DNA of 64,000 bases, taken from contig NC_045697.1 in the NCBI RefSeq assembly GCF_009834535.1, positions 80,354,001 through 80,418,000 of the forward strand, written 5' to 3'. Shown one piece after another: positions 37,743 through 51,664 of this stretch. The notes below the pieces were generated by a model. The model was not told the origin of the DNA. It saw only the letters and a list, made by a program, of their open reading frames with translations, and made no database searches. Made by a program: the position numbers and the translations under genes. Positions within the stretch are counted from its first letter, which is position 1. The number at the start of each line of letters is the position of its first letter. This DNA is from Camelus ferus (lineage: Eukaryota).

Positions 37743-40700
37743 GTCTTTATCAAAACATATATTAAAATGTATAGAGAACTATTAGATATTATTGAACACA
37801 AGTCAATTACTCTGAATTATAGGAAGGAGACAATGAAAAGAAAATTGCTTTGGCTCAAACCATAATGTGAGACACTGGACAAGATTTTTAACCACAGAAT
37901 GCTTCAGTTCTGTGGAAACATTCATCTCTAGAAGGGGGTTATAATAGTATTCACCTTGTAAAAGTATTCTGATGATAAAAAAAATAACAATTTCTTAGAC
38001 ATAATAGATGCTCAGTTAATACTGGTTCCCTTTCATTCGTTGATAGATGCAACACATGAGGTCTTGAATTTTCCAAAAGGAACAGAGCTCTAATACCATC
38101 AAACTTCCCTGAATTTGTGTTTGTATTATTCACAGAAGCCAAAAGTAGGAAAGTACAAGTACCAACCATCAAAAAAGACCTCTCTCTTTTCTGTAATTTC
38201 TCTCATTCTCTCCTCTTCCTGTCTCTCAAGTTTCCCCTGGAGTTCAGAGGTCTGAGCCTTATTTTGAACATCATCATGTTACTATATTATAGGAAAATTA
38301 TGGTAAATCAAAAGGAATCAACCTTTTCCGTCACAGGTCATCACAGCTCACTTTTTAAGTGGTCCACAACAAAGTCAGTGCTGGTATAATCCGAAGGCTT
38401 CTACGGTATTTTAGCATTCAGAAAACAAAATTTGGGGACAGATTCTCCATGAGCAACTAACTCTACAAACAACCCCAGAAACTGGGCTGCATGGCTGAAG
38501 AGTCTCTTTACTGACAATTAAATGAAAGAAGAATTACAGCTCACATCTTTTAGCCTTGCTATCTGTTGCCGGGTAACTGGCCTTCTGCACTTTGACCATT
38601 TCACGGATAGTACAGTAGAGTATTTTAGCATGCAAATCACCTAGTAATTTTCACATCAAGAGCAGGGGAAAGTTTTACTTCATCCCTAAAGTTTCCTTCT
38701 TTAGAAATGATGTTTTTAAAAAGCTAAACCTTCCTGACAGTCTATAACCTACCCATAAAACATGTTATCAAATTAAACATGTTTCATTCCCTTCAAAATA
38801 AAAAGGGTTTTGGTTTTTCTGGTGTTTGTTTAATTTCATGTTTTAAACATGAAATTTTAAGGACAGAAAAATATTGATAGAGGGAGCTGATCTGGCTTTA
38901 AAAACAGGAAATTATTTTCCTGTCTATTTTTTGTGAATAAACCACCCCATCATCTATAAAATAAATTACATTCTCTCAAAATCATCTTATTTCTTTAAGT
39001 TACTTATACTATGATCAACTTTTCCTTAGAGAAATTTTACATGTAGTCAAAAAATTTTTTTTCAATTCCAGGGAAGTTAAGATCAGTGATCATTTTTTGC
39101 AGTTTAAGAATATTATGTTTTATAAATTTAAATACACATTAGTGCAATTATATCAGGTTCAGAATTGAAAGAAGTGGTTAAAATATTGGTCGTATACCTT
39201 CCAATTCAATTAGAACACAGGAAAAGAAAAAAAAAAAAAACTAGTAAAGAAGAGAAGATTAGGTATATGGGTATGTGAACCTAGAAGGTAAAAGGTATAG
39301 GGTAAAATGATTTAATTGAGAGCTGACTATCTGAATCTAACTAGAATGTATCAAAGAATCAAGGTAGTGTGACAGTCTTCCAAATGCCACATGTCCCTGA
39401 ATTCAAAGTGTCTGAAAGACCCAATACCACAGGCTATCTACACAGATAAACCAAGTGCACTCTGCTCTGCTTCCAAGGAGGCCTTTACATGCAGAGCAGA
39501 AGTGAAAAGCTAAAGCTATGAGAGGTGCAGGCATATATAAGAGAGCCTTCAGCACTGAGTATAAACTTCGCAGAAAACAAGCAGGAATTAACTAGGTAAA
39601 CTCCCTTTTAATTTGTGAGTAAAAGCAGCCTCAGGTTTCAGAATAGCACATATTTTTACTTTAATGCCATGTGGGGAAAGGGGCAAACCAGCACTTTTTT
39701 CCTTATTTATTTCCATAGTCTGCTGCTGATATGAGAAGCAAAATATAGAAAGAAATCAGGATATTTGGAAGGTAATAGTTTTAAGCGCCAATCTTTTTGA
39801 GGACACTGGATCTCAAAAGTACAGATTTCCAGAGACATGCACATATTCGGATATCTAAGAACTAGGATACTCTGACAAGACTTACTCACATAGTTTGGGA
39901 ATAACTTATTTTTTAAAAAGGTCAAAAGATTTCAATGGCATATGTAGACTACAGCAGGTTAAGCTATGTTTATTTACTAGGGTACAGAACATAATCTAGA
40001 AACTCATCACTAACTAGCCTGATGAGAGAAAACAATTCTAGAACTTAAGAGGATACGGTAACTAATTAATCTTTGTCTGGACTTTTATTCCCATCAAATC
40101 TCTGGCATGAATTCAAGACATGCAAACAGTTCAACTTTAAGGCTGGGTGAACAAAAGCCAAGGAACTAAAGCTATAAATACAGAGACACTCTAAGCTCCC
40201 AAGACTTTGAGGCCATATGTCTCTACCCCATAAAGACAATAAACACACCTTGCTCTCTAGCACCTAACTAAAATTACTGTTCAAAACACACATAAAAGTG
40301 CACACATACACACACCATCAGTCCCAAGTGTCAATAAATTATTTCTTTTCCTCATTTATTCAGGGAAGATGAAAAACGTGGGATTATAATTAAGGGATAA
40401 ATATTTTAATTGGGACAGAAATGCAGATCTGGTAGAATGTACCCTATTAACCAAACCTTAGATAAGTCTTAAAATTCCATGTGTGGTTGCAGCTGTATCC
40501 TGTGGACTGTTTCTACTGACATATCACTGCTGTCTCAGCTGTTGCTGCCCCTACAACTTCAGCAGCTAGGTGAGGCAGTACCAGAGTGGAAGGTAAGTTT
40601 GTGCTATTTTCAGAGAGAATACAGAATCAAAGACTGCTGACTTAAGGTGTCTTAAATTCATACTGAGAAACAGGAAACTGCCTTAACAAGCACTCGGGGT

Positions 40701-42609
40701 ATCGATCCAAGCGCACAACTCCTACGGTAAGAGATCGAATGTTTCTTTGATGCATGTCTTTTTTGGATTAATTCTGAAATGTGTTCTGCATAATAAATAC
40801 TTTCTAGCTCACACTTTGAAATCTAAATCCTGTGGAACTGCCAGAAAGTTTTGTTTATAGTAACTTTAACTTCTAGTAGCTTCTTTATAGTAGTTTTAAT
40901 TTCTAAGACCTGTTTGAAACTTTAGATATTAATGAACTTACAAAAAAACTGACTTCATTAAATATATATAATATATACTTTTCTATATCTAAATAGATTT
41001 GTAAATATATAAATAAATTATACACATCTGTTTTATTATCTGTTGTATCATACATATTTTAAGTTGAATATGCGTATAACACATACACATTTTAGTTTCC
41101 CACCTCATCCTTTGCAATACATTTAAAAAATACTAACACAAACCATGAATAATGCCATTAAATCTCCTATTTCTACACAAACTGTCTCAATGGAAGCTGT
41201 AACAAGCTTAAAAAAAAATAATACTGATGAATTCGCAATCTATACAAAAGTTAAAATATCTATGTGGATAGGTAGGAACATATTTCTACTTAAGAGTTCG
41301 TGCCCGTTTGAACTAAAAGACAAATTTGGATGAGTAAAGTTTGGCCTCTTGGGAGCTGCAAAACTAAACTGAAATAATAATATTGATTTACAACAAAATC
41401 GTTATTCCCCAAAGATTCATATCAGCATGGAACTAGCCTTTTTGTTGACCTATGAAAATTAATGATCTAGACCTTTATTTCTAATGTCTATCCCAGTGAC
41501 ATGGATCCAGTCAGCTTACTGGAAGCTTATCACTGGGCCTTCACTCACTCTCCACTATGTCATCTCCTTAGTGTAGATGTACTTCATTCTATGCATATAA
41601 AGAATACCTGAATATTAAGTATTTTTCAGGGTGAAGAGATTGTGTGATTTCTAATTTGTCTCCAACTTGCAACTTTTAAAAATAACACTAACATTTTCAT
41701 TAAATATACTTCTCCCTCATTTTATTTTCCCAGTTAAAAAGATGTGTTCATTCATCTCCTAAGTATAGTATAAACTTCCTAGGTGACAGATTTGAGACAT
41801 CACATGAAGGACACTGTCAACCCCCACTCTACAAAAGGGAAGTCTTAACTTCTACTTTTGGAAACCATTATTTTGGTCTAAGTCTTTGAACTTCCCCAAA
41901 ATGCAAGTATCATTTGGAAAGGAAACTCATTATTCATCCTCAGACATTTATACTTTACTTCATGTAAATTTATCATCTCATGGCAGTAAACTTCCATAGG
42001 AGAGGATATAGGCACCAATTCTTGAGGTACAGAGGCAAGCCTGAAGGAAACCTGGGTAGCCAGCAGTTAACTCTGACCTACTGAAAATGTGCCCAAGAAC
42101 AACCCAGGAGGACTATGGTTGTTAGCAGTTATTTTAAATTACTCGTTATCTTTAGAGTTAGGTTCAAGTTCATAGAGTTATAGAGTTTTAAAGCTGATAA
42201 GGGAAATAGTGTTTCCCAAGCTGGATGCTAAACTAGATACTGTGCAACATACATTCCTATTTAAAAACTTTACTCCTGACTCACTTAAATATGACTGCCA
42301 GCAAAAGCTATATATCATTACCTCAAATTAGACAATTTGAACGTTTCAGCACGCATTCGAACATCATCAAGGCATTAGCTATCTTTATAGTTATTGCAAA
42401 AGGCTTCCCTTTGATGTTTCTCTAATCTAAATCTGCAAAAACTCAAATTTCTATGAATACTTTTTAATTTTTAATTCTGTAATAGTATAATTATACAGAA
42501 AAATTTTAAATTTACACATCATCACGTTTAAACCAATATTAACATTTTGCCATATTTGCTTCCAATTTATTTTCTTACAAAAAAAAAAAAAGAAATTTGT
42601 GTGTTTAGG

Positions 42610-42825
42610 AAATATTTCTCAGTTAATTTCTATGGAGTACTATCATCCGAGATGCTACAGATTGTTTCCACGATCAAGCGGGTTTGGGAAATGCCATGAA
42701 CTGCATGCCTCCTTCTTAGGAATTCTCAATAATGTCATTACATACTGGCTCTGAGATTTCCTACACTAAGAAAATATATATTTGATTGTTTAACAAAAGT
42801 TTCCCTCAGCTTTTATCAATCAAAA
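42610..42825. mobile_element. hAT-Charlie relic (Charlie4-like)
   Basis: gtttgggaaatgc..ggctctgagatttcct..ttgtttaac..gtttccc. Confidence 0.55.
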
Positions 42826-45734
42826 CACAAATTTGAAGAGCCAAATACCATTCTATTATACACCACAAGAAATGGTTTGTTGTTTGACCCTGTCTTGTCA
42901 TTTGATAAATCATGAACAAATCTTAAGAACTCATCTCTAGGTCAAAATCTTTCCTTTAATGTACTTAATAAAATGACTGTATATAAGTAAAGATGTCGGC
43001 AACGTGTACCAGTAAAATAAGGAAGGACACTTAGTAAAGAACAAAATGTTTAGTTTCTTGTGTTCCTAAAACTGAATCCCTACAAATCCATATTTGGTAC
43101 CATTTAGGGATATTTTGTAAACCAAAAGAAAAACAACCCAATGATACTGCTATGAACACATAAAAGTGAACAGGAGAACAGAGTTCTTAAAACTCCCATT
43201 ATTTTCATTTAGTTTCCAGAATTAAAAGTTTGAATGGATTCCTGGAAAAGATTAATTTTTCCAACCTGTTTCATCCTTTCCTAACTTTTAAAAGTGATCA
43301 GGTCCAAATAAATCTTCTAGCATTTTGCTGAATAAACCAGTGGGATGTATCTTCCTTGTTTCTTTCAGAATGGCATTCACTGTTATAAATTAAGAGGGAA
43401 AGGTAGATGTCTCTGAAAGCAATAAATTTAAATTTGTAGGTAGTTTATATTTTCCAGAATTGTCTATCTTTCCTTTCAAGATCAATCAGAAATAGTATCA
43501 ATACCCAAAGAAAATGCTTATAAAAACAAAGTAAAACAAACAAAAATCTCTTTGTTGACAGAAAAATTATCTTTGCTGGTCTCTACCCAAAATGAGTTTT
43601 AAAAATATAGATAGAATAAATGGTTTTTAAAAATTTATAGAAACTTCTTAGGGAATCTACTATAATGAGTTTTATGAGTGAGCTCATAATTAAATTCTCA
43701 AAAAGATGCAGGGACTTTGTACCATTTGAAAGTTGTCTTGTACATCTCTCTCTTAACTGTACTTTTATTATGAGCACAAGCAAAAGAAAAACTAATCTTT
43801 ATCTCCAAAAGTGAGTGACGAGATAAAGCTAAATGCTTTTTTTGTGAATACATCTTAAAATGATTCTACTAAATCTCTATGTTCTAGTTTTAAATTATGA
43901 AGGCAGGAGAGGGGAGGATTTAATTGGCATTCCCTAAAATCTTTGTTTATTGGATAGAGAACTGTCCATATGCTTAATTATCTTTTATTTCCCTTTGAAT
44001 AATCCCAGTTTATTAATTACACCTTAAAGTTATAGCTATATAGGTATATCAAGGTTATATAGGTAGCCAAAGTTATATACAGACCACTAACCTTATATTA
44101 CAGAACTAAGATGATTATGTCTTAGAGCAGTTATTAATGCTGATAATTCTTAGACCCTTAAATATTATATTCTGCCCTTGAGCTTCCATTAGCATTTTTC
44201 AAAACAGTCTTCAATAAAGTTAAATTTATTAAGGGGCATAACTTGGAAAAGATGTAATTTTAGCAAATCCGTAAGAATTATTTTTCAATCAAAATGGAAA
44301 CAAAAGACAGATATAAATACAATTTTAGACAAAAGCACTTAATGACAAATTAAGTTCTTTTTAGAAAGAAAACTAAATAATACTAAATATTAAGAACAGC
44401 CAGTGAAGATCTAAATTAAATAAATAAAAGGAATACATAATAAGAAAACTATATGCTAACTTTTATAGTCAAGCAAAAAATGGAGTGATAACAAATGTAA
44501 GATAAACACAAACTATTTATAAACAATTAAAATGCTTACATAACTTCATACATCTGTCATCTTAGAATTTTTCAGCACATCACATCCATTAAGCCTCCAA
44601 GCATCACTTTAAAATTGGATGGAAGGCAACAAGACTCCTGTCAAACTAAACAGGCACAGTTTATAAAATTTTTGCATGCTAACTCTAAAATTTTAAGGCC
44701 CCCTTGAGAGGGATGGGGGAGAAAGAAATCTAATATTTCTGTTCTCATTTTTTTTAATATCTAGTTCAAATCCCAAATTTAATCAACACTATGATAGTTT
44801 TTCTTTTTATAACAGCTTTGGTCAAAATATTCTTCTATATTTCTTTTGGTTTTAAAATGTCTTTTTGTTACCAAAGAAATGTCAAAGCATCTGCTTTTTC
44901 AAACTTTGACATACTTTATTCTATTTTGCACTTAAAATATATGTTTTCCTCCTCGGGGTTTCTAATTTCCAAAAGATCCACTTCTGAGAAAATTTAGAAG
45001 AATGCATTAGAATCAATCCTCATTAATAAACTTAAGATGTGGGATTAAGAATGCATCACATCAAATGAAAATAAACTAGGTAAGAATTCTGAAGATAGAA
45101 AATGAGAGAAAGGGTCTCCAATTGAGTAGCATTAAAGTCTTGTGTAAATCTACATATTTTTTAAAGATTAATGGCTATAAAAGATAAATGCACATCACAA
45201 TTCTGGAAGGATTCACAGGTAACTACTGACAGATAAACAATGATTATTTTTACAAAGTGAAAATAGGGTTTGATGAAGAATAAGTTTTTACTTTATAACT
45301 TTAGGCTATTCAATGTTATTCATAAAAATGAATCACTCTTAATATATTTTTAAAATGTGTATATGCCAACTCTTTGCTCTGAATCAAACTTACTTTGCCT
45401 AGAAAGGAACAAGTCTTCCTGACTTTCTAAGCTACTAATTGGAAGTAAAGCACTCTTGCCCTAAATAGTTCACAAGTAGCTTCCAGCAGCTACTAATAGG
45501 TTTAATCTGCTTATAACAAATTACTTCAAAATTTATTATCAGCAAACATTTCTGCAGTGACTATAAAGCATTGGATACAGTTTTTGGCACTTGCATTGCC
45601 CACAAATTAACTTTTTTATAATGATCTTAAACAAACTCTTGAAAAACTGAAAGGTAATCTCCTTAATATCCTTTAATATTTATACACATCTATGTTTTCC
45701 CACCTCTAGGGACATTTTTAAATCTACAAAATTA

Positions 45735-47700
45735 AAAAAAAAAAAAGGTCACAAGATACCAGGTCAATAGACAAAAATCAATCATATTTTCATAGGCTAG
45801 CAATGAAGATGTGGAAACTGAATTTTTAAAAATGTCACTTATAATTTGCAAAAAAGAAATGGATTCCCTAGTAAAAATATAACAAAACATGTACAGGATC
45901 TGTATGCTGAAATTACAAAACAATGATGAAAGAAATCACAGATCTAAATAAAGGGAGAGACATACAATATTCACAGATTGGAAAACTCAATAGATGTCAT
46001 TTCTCCTCAAATTGATCTATAAATTTAATACTATTCCTATCAAAATCCCAGTAAGATTTTTTTGTAGATATAGACAAGATTATTCTAAAATTTATATGGG
46101 AATGCAAAGGAACTAGAATAGTTAATAGAATTCTGAAAAAGAAAAATAAAGGAGAGAGTCATTCCAACTGATACTACAACTTAGTGTAACCCACACAGTG
46201 TAGTACTGGAGAAGAGGCAGACATACAGATCAGTGGAACAGTATAAAGAACCCAGAAATAGATCCACACAGCATGCTCAACTGATTTTTGACAAAGGTAC
46301 AAAAGCAACTCAATGGAATGATTGCCTCTCTTCAACAAATGGTGCTTGAGCAATTAGACACACAAAGGTCAAGAGAAAAAATGAGCCTCAACCTAAACTT
46401 AACACCTTATATTAAAAAATTAACTCAAAATGAAAAACCTTTCAAAAATTAAGAGAACACTTTCAAAACCTAAGGCTAGACAATAAGTTTTGGACTTGAT
46501 ACCAAAAGCACAATCCAGAAAAGAAAAACTTGATAAACTGGACATCATCAGAAATCAAGACTTCTGTGCTATACAAGACCCTGTTAACAGAATGAAAAAA
46601 CATGCTACAGAGGCAGGAGAATATATCTGCCAACCACATACCTAACAAAAGATTTATAATTACAATAAAAAGAACTCTCAAACTCAAGAGTAAAAACCAA
46701 AGAGTCTAATTAGAAAATGGGCAAAAGACGTGAACAGACATTTCAGTGAAGAGGAAATATACAGGGCAAATCAGCACATAATGAAAGGTGCTTAACATTA
46801 TTAACCATTAAGGAAAAGCAAATTAAAACCACAATGAGGTATCACTACACACATGAGAATGTCTAAAAGATAGCAACAAATGCTGGTGGAATGCAGAGAT
46901 CACTCATTTGTGACTTGTCAGAATTTAAAACGGCTCAGCCCCTCTGGAAAACAGTCTGGCAGTTTCTTAGAAACTAAACATGCAATTACCATACACCTAG
47001 CAATTATACTCCTGGGCATTTATTTCAGAGAAATGAAAATATATGCCCCCACACAAGCCTATATACAATATTCACAGCAGCTTTATTCTTAAGAGTAAAA
47101 ACTGGAAAACACATGGATGTCCTTCAACAGGAGAGTGGTTAAACAAGCTGTGGCTGATTCATACTGATGAATAAAAAAGAAAACATCGATACAAGCAACA
47201 AAATGGATGGATCTTAAGGGAATTATGCCGAGTTCAAAAAAAAAAAAAAAGCCAATCTCAAACGGCTATATACTGTATGATTTCATTTACATAACACTCT
47301 TCAAATGACAAAACTATAGAGATGAAAAAGATTAGTGGTTGCCAGGGGTTAGGCATGGATGCAGGAATTTTGCAGAGCAATATTGGTGGTGGTGATTATA
47401 AAAGGGCAATAGGAGACATCTTTGCTATTTAGTATAACAGTGATGGTGAATACAACTACCTACATAGGTGATAAAATTATAAAATTGCATACTCTTAAAC
47501 CCATACATGCACAAGTCAATGTAAGACTGGTAAAATAAGATTGGTACATTGTATTAGTGCTAATTTCCTAGTTATGATATTATTCTAAAGTTTTGCTAGA
47601 CACTACTATTGGAAGAAATCAGCTAAAGGATACTTGGGATCTCTCAATATTACTTCTTACCACTGCATGTGAGTCTACAATTATCTCAATTTAATAGAGC
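45735..47700 (+). mobile_element. Old L1 (L1MD-like) ORF2 3' part + 3'UTR
   Basis: attcctatcaaaatccca, ctgatttttgacaaagg, aaatgggcaaaagac, ending ctgcatgtgagtctacaattatctcaa. Confidence 0.9.
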
Positions 47701-47744
47701 ACAGTTTTCAAAAATAATTGTGGCTTTAAAAAAATTCCTTGTTT

Positions 47745-48740
47745 AACCCTTCTGTTCATCAAAACACAGTCATGAACATGAACAAGTAATGAACAGACTG
47801 GGAAAAAATATTCACATTACATTTATCTAATCAAAGACTTTGATCAAGAACATATAAAGAACTCTGACAAGTCAAGAGCAAAAAGCAGAACACGCTAATT
47901 TAAAATTAAATTAAGAAAAAATGCTTCACCAAAAAAGGGTACACAAATGACCAATAAGCACGTGAAAAGATGTGTAATGCCATTAGGCATCAAAGAAATG
48001 AAAAATCAAAACCACAATGAGATACAATTTCACACCCACTAAAATGACATAACTGGTAATACCAAATGTTTAGGATTGTGGAGCAACTGGACTCTGACAC
48101 AATGTGATAGGGATGTAAAATGGTACAACAACTTTGGAGAACTACCTCATAATTTCTTACAAAGATACAAAAATCCAGGACCCAGAAATTCTACTCTTAG
48201 AAATTTACCCAAAAGACATAAATCTACAAAAAAACTTGCATAAGAATGTTCCTTATAGTTTTGTTTATAATGTCCAAAACCTGGAAACAGAAATAGATAT
48301 AAAGTTATATATATTTATATATCAATAAGTATCATAGTTAAATAACAAAATAGTACTTTTCAATAAAAGGAATAAATTAGTAACTGCAGAAACACAGATG
48401 AATCTCAAAAACACTATGTTGAATGAAAAGAGTACTGCATGATTCCACTTATGTAAATTTCTAGAACAGCCAAAAATAATCTGTGATTCTATTGTCATGA
48501 AGTTCTAAAAGAGAAGTAATCTATGGCAATAGCAATCAAAACAGTGGTTGGCTCAGTGGGAGGCAGGGCACAGGAAGGCTAGTCTGGGAAATGACACTAG
48601 GAAACTTTCTGTAAGTGATGGCAAAGTTCTATAGCTTCAGAGATCTGAATTACAAAGATGAACACATTGGCCATAACTCACTGAACTGTATATTTAATAT
48701 ATGTTCCTTTCACTGTAAACTCAATTTAAATTATAACCCA
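47745..48740 (+). mobile_element. Old L1 (L1ME-like) 3' fragment
   Basis: caataagcacgtgaaaagatg, aaaaccacaatgagatac, attctactcttagaaatttaccc, gatgaatctcaaaaac. Confidence 0.85.
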
Positions 48741-48774
48741 ATGAAAATTTAAAAAAAAAAAATTTAAATTAAAA

Positions 48775-50427
48775 TAAATGCCCAATCAAAATCCCAGCAA
48801 GTTATTTTGTGACTATCAACAAACTGATTCTGACATTTGTCTGGAAAGGCCAAACGTCCAGAAGAGCCAACACAATACTGACAGACAAGAACAAGTCAAA
48901 GGACTGACACTACTTAACTTCAACACTCACTATAAAGAAGAGTTTGGTATTGGTGAAAGAATGGATAAACAGATCAATGGAACAGAATAACAGCTTAGAA
49001 ACTGACTCTATAAACAGAATAAACATAATCAACAGATCTTTGATAAATACAATGGAGAAAAGATAATCTCTTCAAAAAATGGCGAACAACTGGATATCCA
49101 CATGCCAAAAAAAATGTAGACACAGATTTTATGCCCTACACAAAAATTAACTCAGAGTGGATCACAGGTCCAAATATAAAAGTCACAACTATAAAACTAG
49201 AAGATAACGTGAGAAAAGTCTAGATCATCTTGGATATGGCAATGACTTTTTAGACACAATACCAAAGGCATGACACATGAAAGCAATAACTATTAAGCTG
49301 AACTTCATTAAAGTTAGAACTTTAGTTCTATGAAAGAAACTGTTAGAAGAATGAGAAGATAAGACACAGGCTGAAAGAAAATATTTACAAAAGATACACA
49401 TGCTTATTATCCAAAATATACCAAGAACTCTTACAATTCAACAATAAGAAAATGAACCATCCTATTTTAAAATGTGCCAAAGATCTGAACAGACATCTCA
49501 CCAAGATACACAGATAGCAAACATGAAAAGATACCTCACATCTGATATAATTAGTGAATTGCAAATTAAAACAACAATGAAATACCACCACACACCTATT
49601 AGACAGTCAAACCAAACACTAAATGCTGGTAAGGATGTGAAGCAACAGGAACTCTCATTCACTGCTGGTGGGAATACAAAATAGTACTGCTGCTTTGGAA
49701 GTTAGTTTGGTGGTTTCTCACAAAAATAAGCATACTACTTGCCATATGATCCAGCAACTGTACTCCTTATTTATCCAAATGAGTTGAAAATACATGTCTA
49801 CACAAAAACCTGCACACAGATTTTATAGCAACTTTGTTGATAATTGCCAAAATTTGGAAGCAATCAAGATGTCCTTCAGTAGGTGAATGGATAAACTATG
49901 GTTCATCCAGAGAATGGAATATTATTCAATGCTAGAAAGAAATGAACTATCAAGCCATTAAAAGACGTGGAGTAAACTTAAATACATATTGCTAAGTTAA
50001 AGAAGCCAATCTGAAAAGGCTACATACTACATGATTCCAACTTTAGACAATCTGCAAAAGGTAAACTACGGAGACAGCATAGAGATCAGTGGTTTCTAGG
50101 GTTTGGGGAGAGGAGAAATGAAGAAGCAGAGCACAGAGGATTTTTTAGGGCAATGGAGTTATTCTATATGGTACCATAAAGATGGATACGCGTCATTATT
50201 CACTTGTCAAAACCCATAGAATACATAACACCAAGAGTGAACCCTAAGGTGAACTATGGACTTTGGGTGACTACAGTGCATCAGTGTAGGTTCATTAGTT
50301 ATAACAGATGTCCCACTCTGGTGTGGGATGTTCATAGTTGATGAGGATGTATGTGTAAGGGCAAGAAGTATACAAGAAATCTCTGCACTTATGCTAGGAG
50401 CCTAAAACTGTTCTAAAAAAATAAAGT
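48775..50427 (+). mobile_element. Old L1 (L1MC1-like) ORF2 3' part + 3'UTR
   Basis: ccaatcaaaatcccagc..; ELQIKTTMKYHHTPIR peptide; 3'UTR ccaagagtgaaccctaa..ctatggactttgggtga..cctaaaactgttctaaaaaaataaag. Confidence 0.9.
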
Positions 50428-51649
50428 GGATGAATGGATGGATGACTTGATAGATGGATAAACATTCATCTTATGAACACAGAAAAGTTTTAAAACTAAA
50501 AAACTGCCTTATTGCAATACCATCATACACTATACTCCCAGAATTTTCTATATTTCCTCACAATTTATATTAATAAAATGAATCCTAACACTTTAAAGAA
50601 AATTTTACTCAGTCCTCTGAGTTTTTTCTCAGATATTATTAACATTAGCACATTTTCAGATTACACACTCCATTCTTTTGTTTCTGACACAGAGAACACA
50701 AGCAATTTTTTAATGATCAAAATGTTACTTCTTAAGACTTGAATATTTTGAACACTTACTGTATTTCAAAGCAATTTTAATAATACATACAAACATATAG
50801 GCTCACCACACCTATATATACATACATATATCCTTTTCTTTACTTTCCATTTGGGGATGGGGTGATTAGTTGATCAATATTTAATCAGTTAATTTTATAT
50901 GGTAGAAATGTTGGACAATCATCTTGACAAATTCTTTTTCTCAAAGGTGTAATAATGTGAAAAGTTGACTACTGCTCATTTTTAAAATGCAATTATTTTA
51001 ATGCCAAAGCCTAACATGTTAAGCATGCTAGGCAGCAATTCATTTAGAACATCTTCCTCAAAAATACCTAAAGTTACACATTTTCCATAAGCTTGAACCA
51101 TCACATCTGGCTTTCAGTATATAAATCCTAATGAATTTGATTTTTATCTGATTTACTTGTATCAATTTTTCTTAAAGTCTTAACACTTAAAACTACAAAA
51201 GTTAAAATTAAACTATGCTTCCTATGCTTAAAATAAGAAAACCCACTCAACAGGATAAGTGAGTTCAAATGGAATGTTCAGTATTTCAATAGGCATGTTA
51301 GATTTCATGAAAATATTTGTTTAAAAGATGTTCAGCATCTAGACTTACATGTTTTTCCAAATAAGTCCTCATCAGAGCCTCTGGAAACCATGAACACTTC
51401 TAACACTCGCTAACTATTCTAGATATAGGAAACATCACCCTGTCGGCCACCTCAAATTTACCTTAAGGGGAAAAAAAAAAAGGCAGTGTGTGTTGCAAGT
51501 GAAATACTCTGACTGTGAAACAGTATTTCAAACCAAACAGGATCTCTGGGTTCCTAGGTATCTATCTTTCCAACTTAGAACCATGTGACATACACTTATT
51601 TAACTTAGACATCATAACAGAATTTGGAAGTAAATATTCTCTGGGTTTC

Positions 51650-51664
51650 TTGGCACATGGCCAA
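51650..51664. promoter_or_regulatory. Perfect NFI palindromic site
   Basis: TTGGC-ACATG-GCCAA equals the TTGGC(N5)GCCAA consensus. Confidence 0.4.

Noticed and set aside
44540..44637. Minus-strand exon candidate (gacag|GAG ... TAT|gtaagc)
   Set aside because: Closed in all frames, weak acceptor
51012..51030. p53-family response element (two CATG cores)
   Set aside because: Cores are 5 nt apart rather than the canonical 6, and flanks mismatch RRRCWWGYYY
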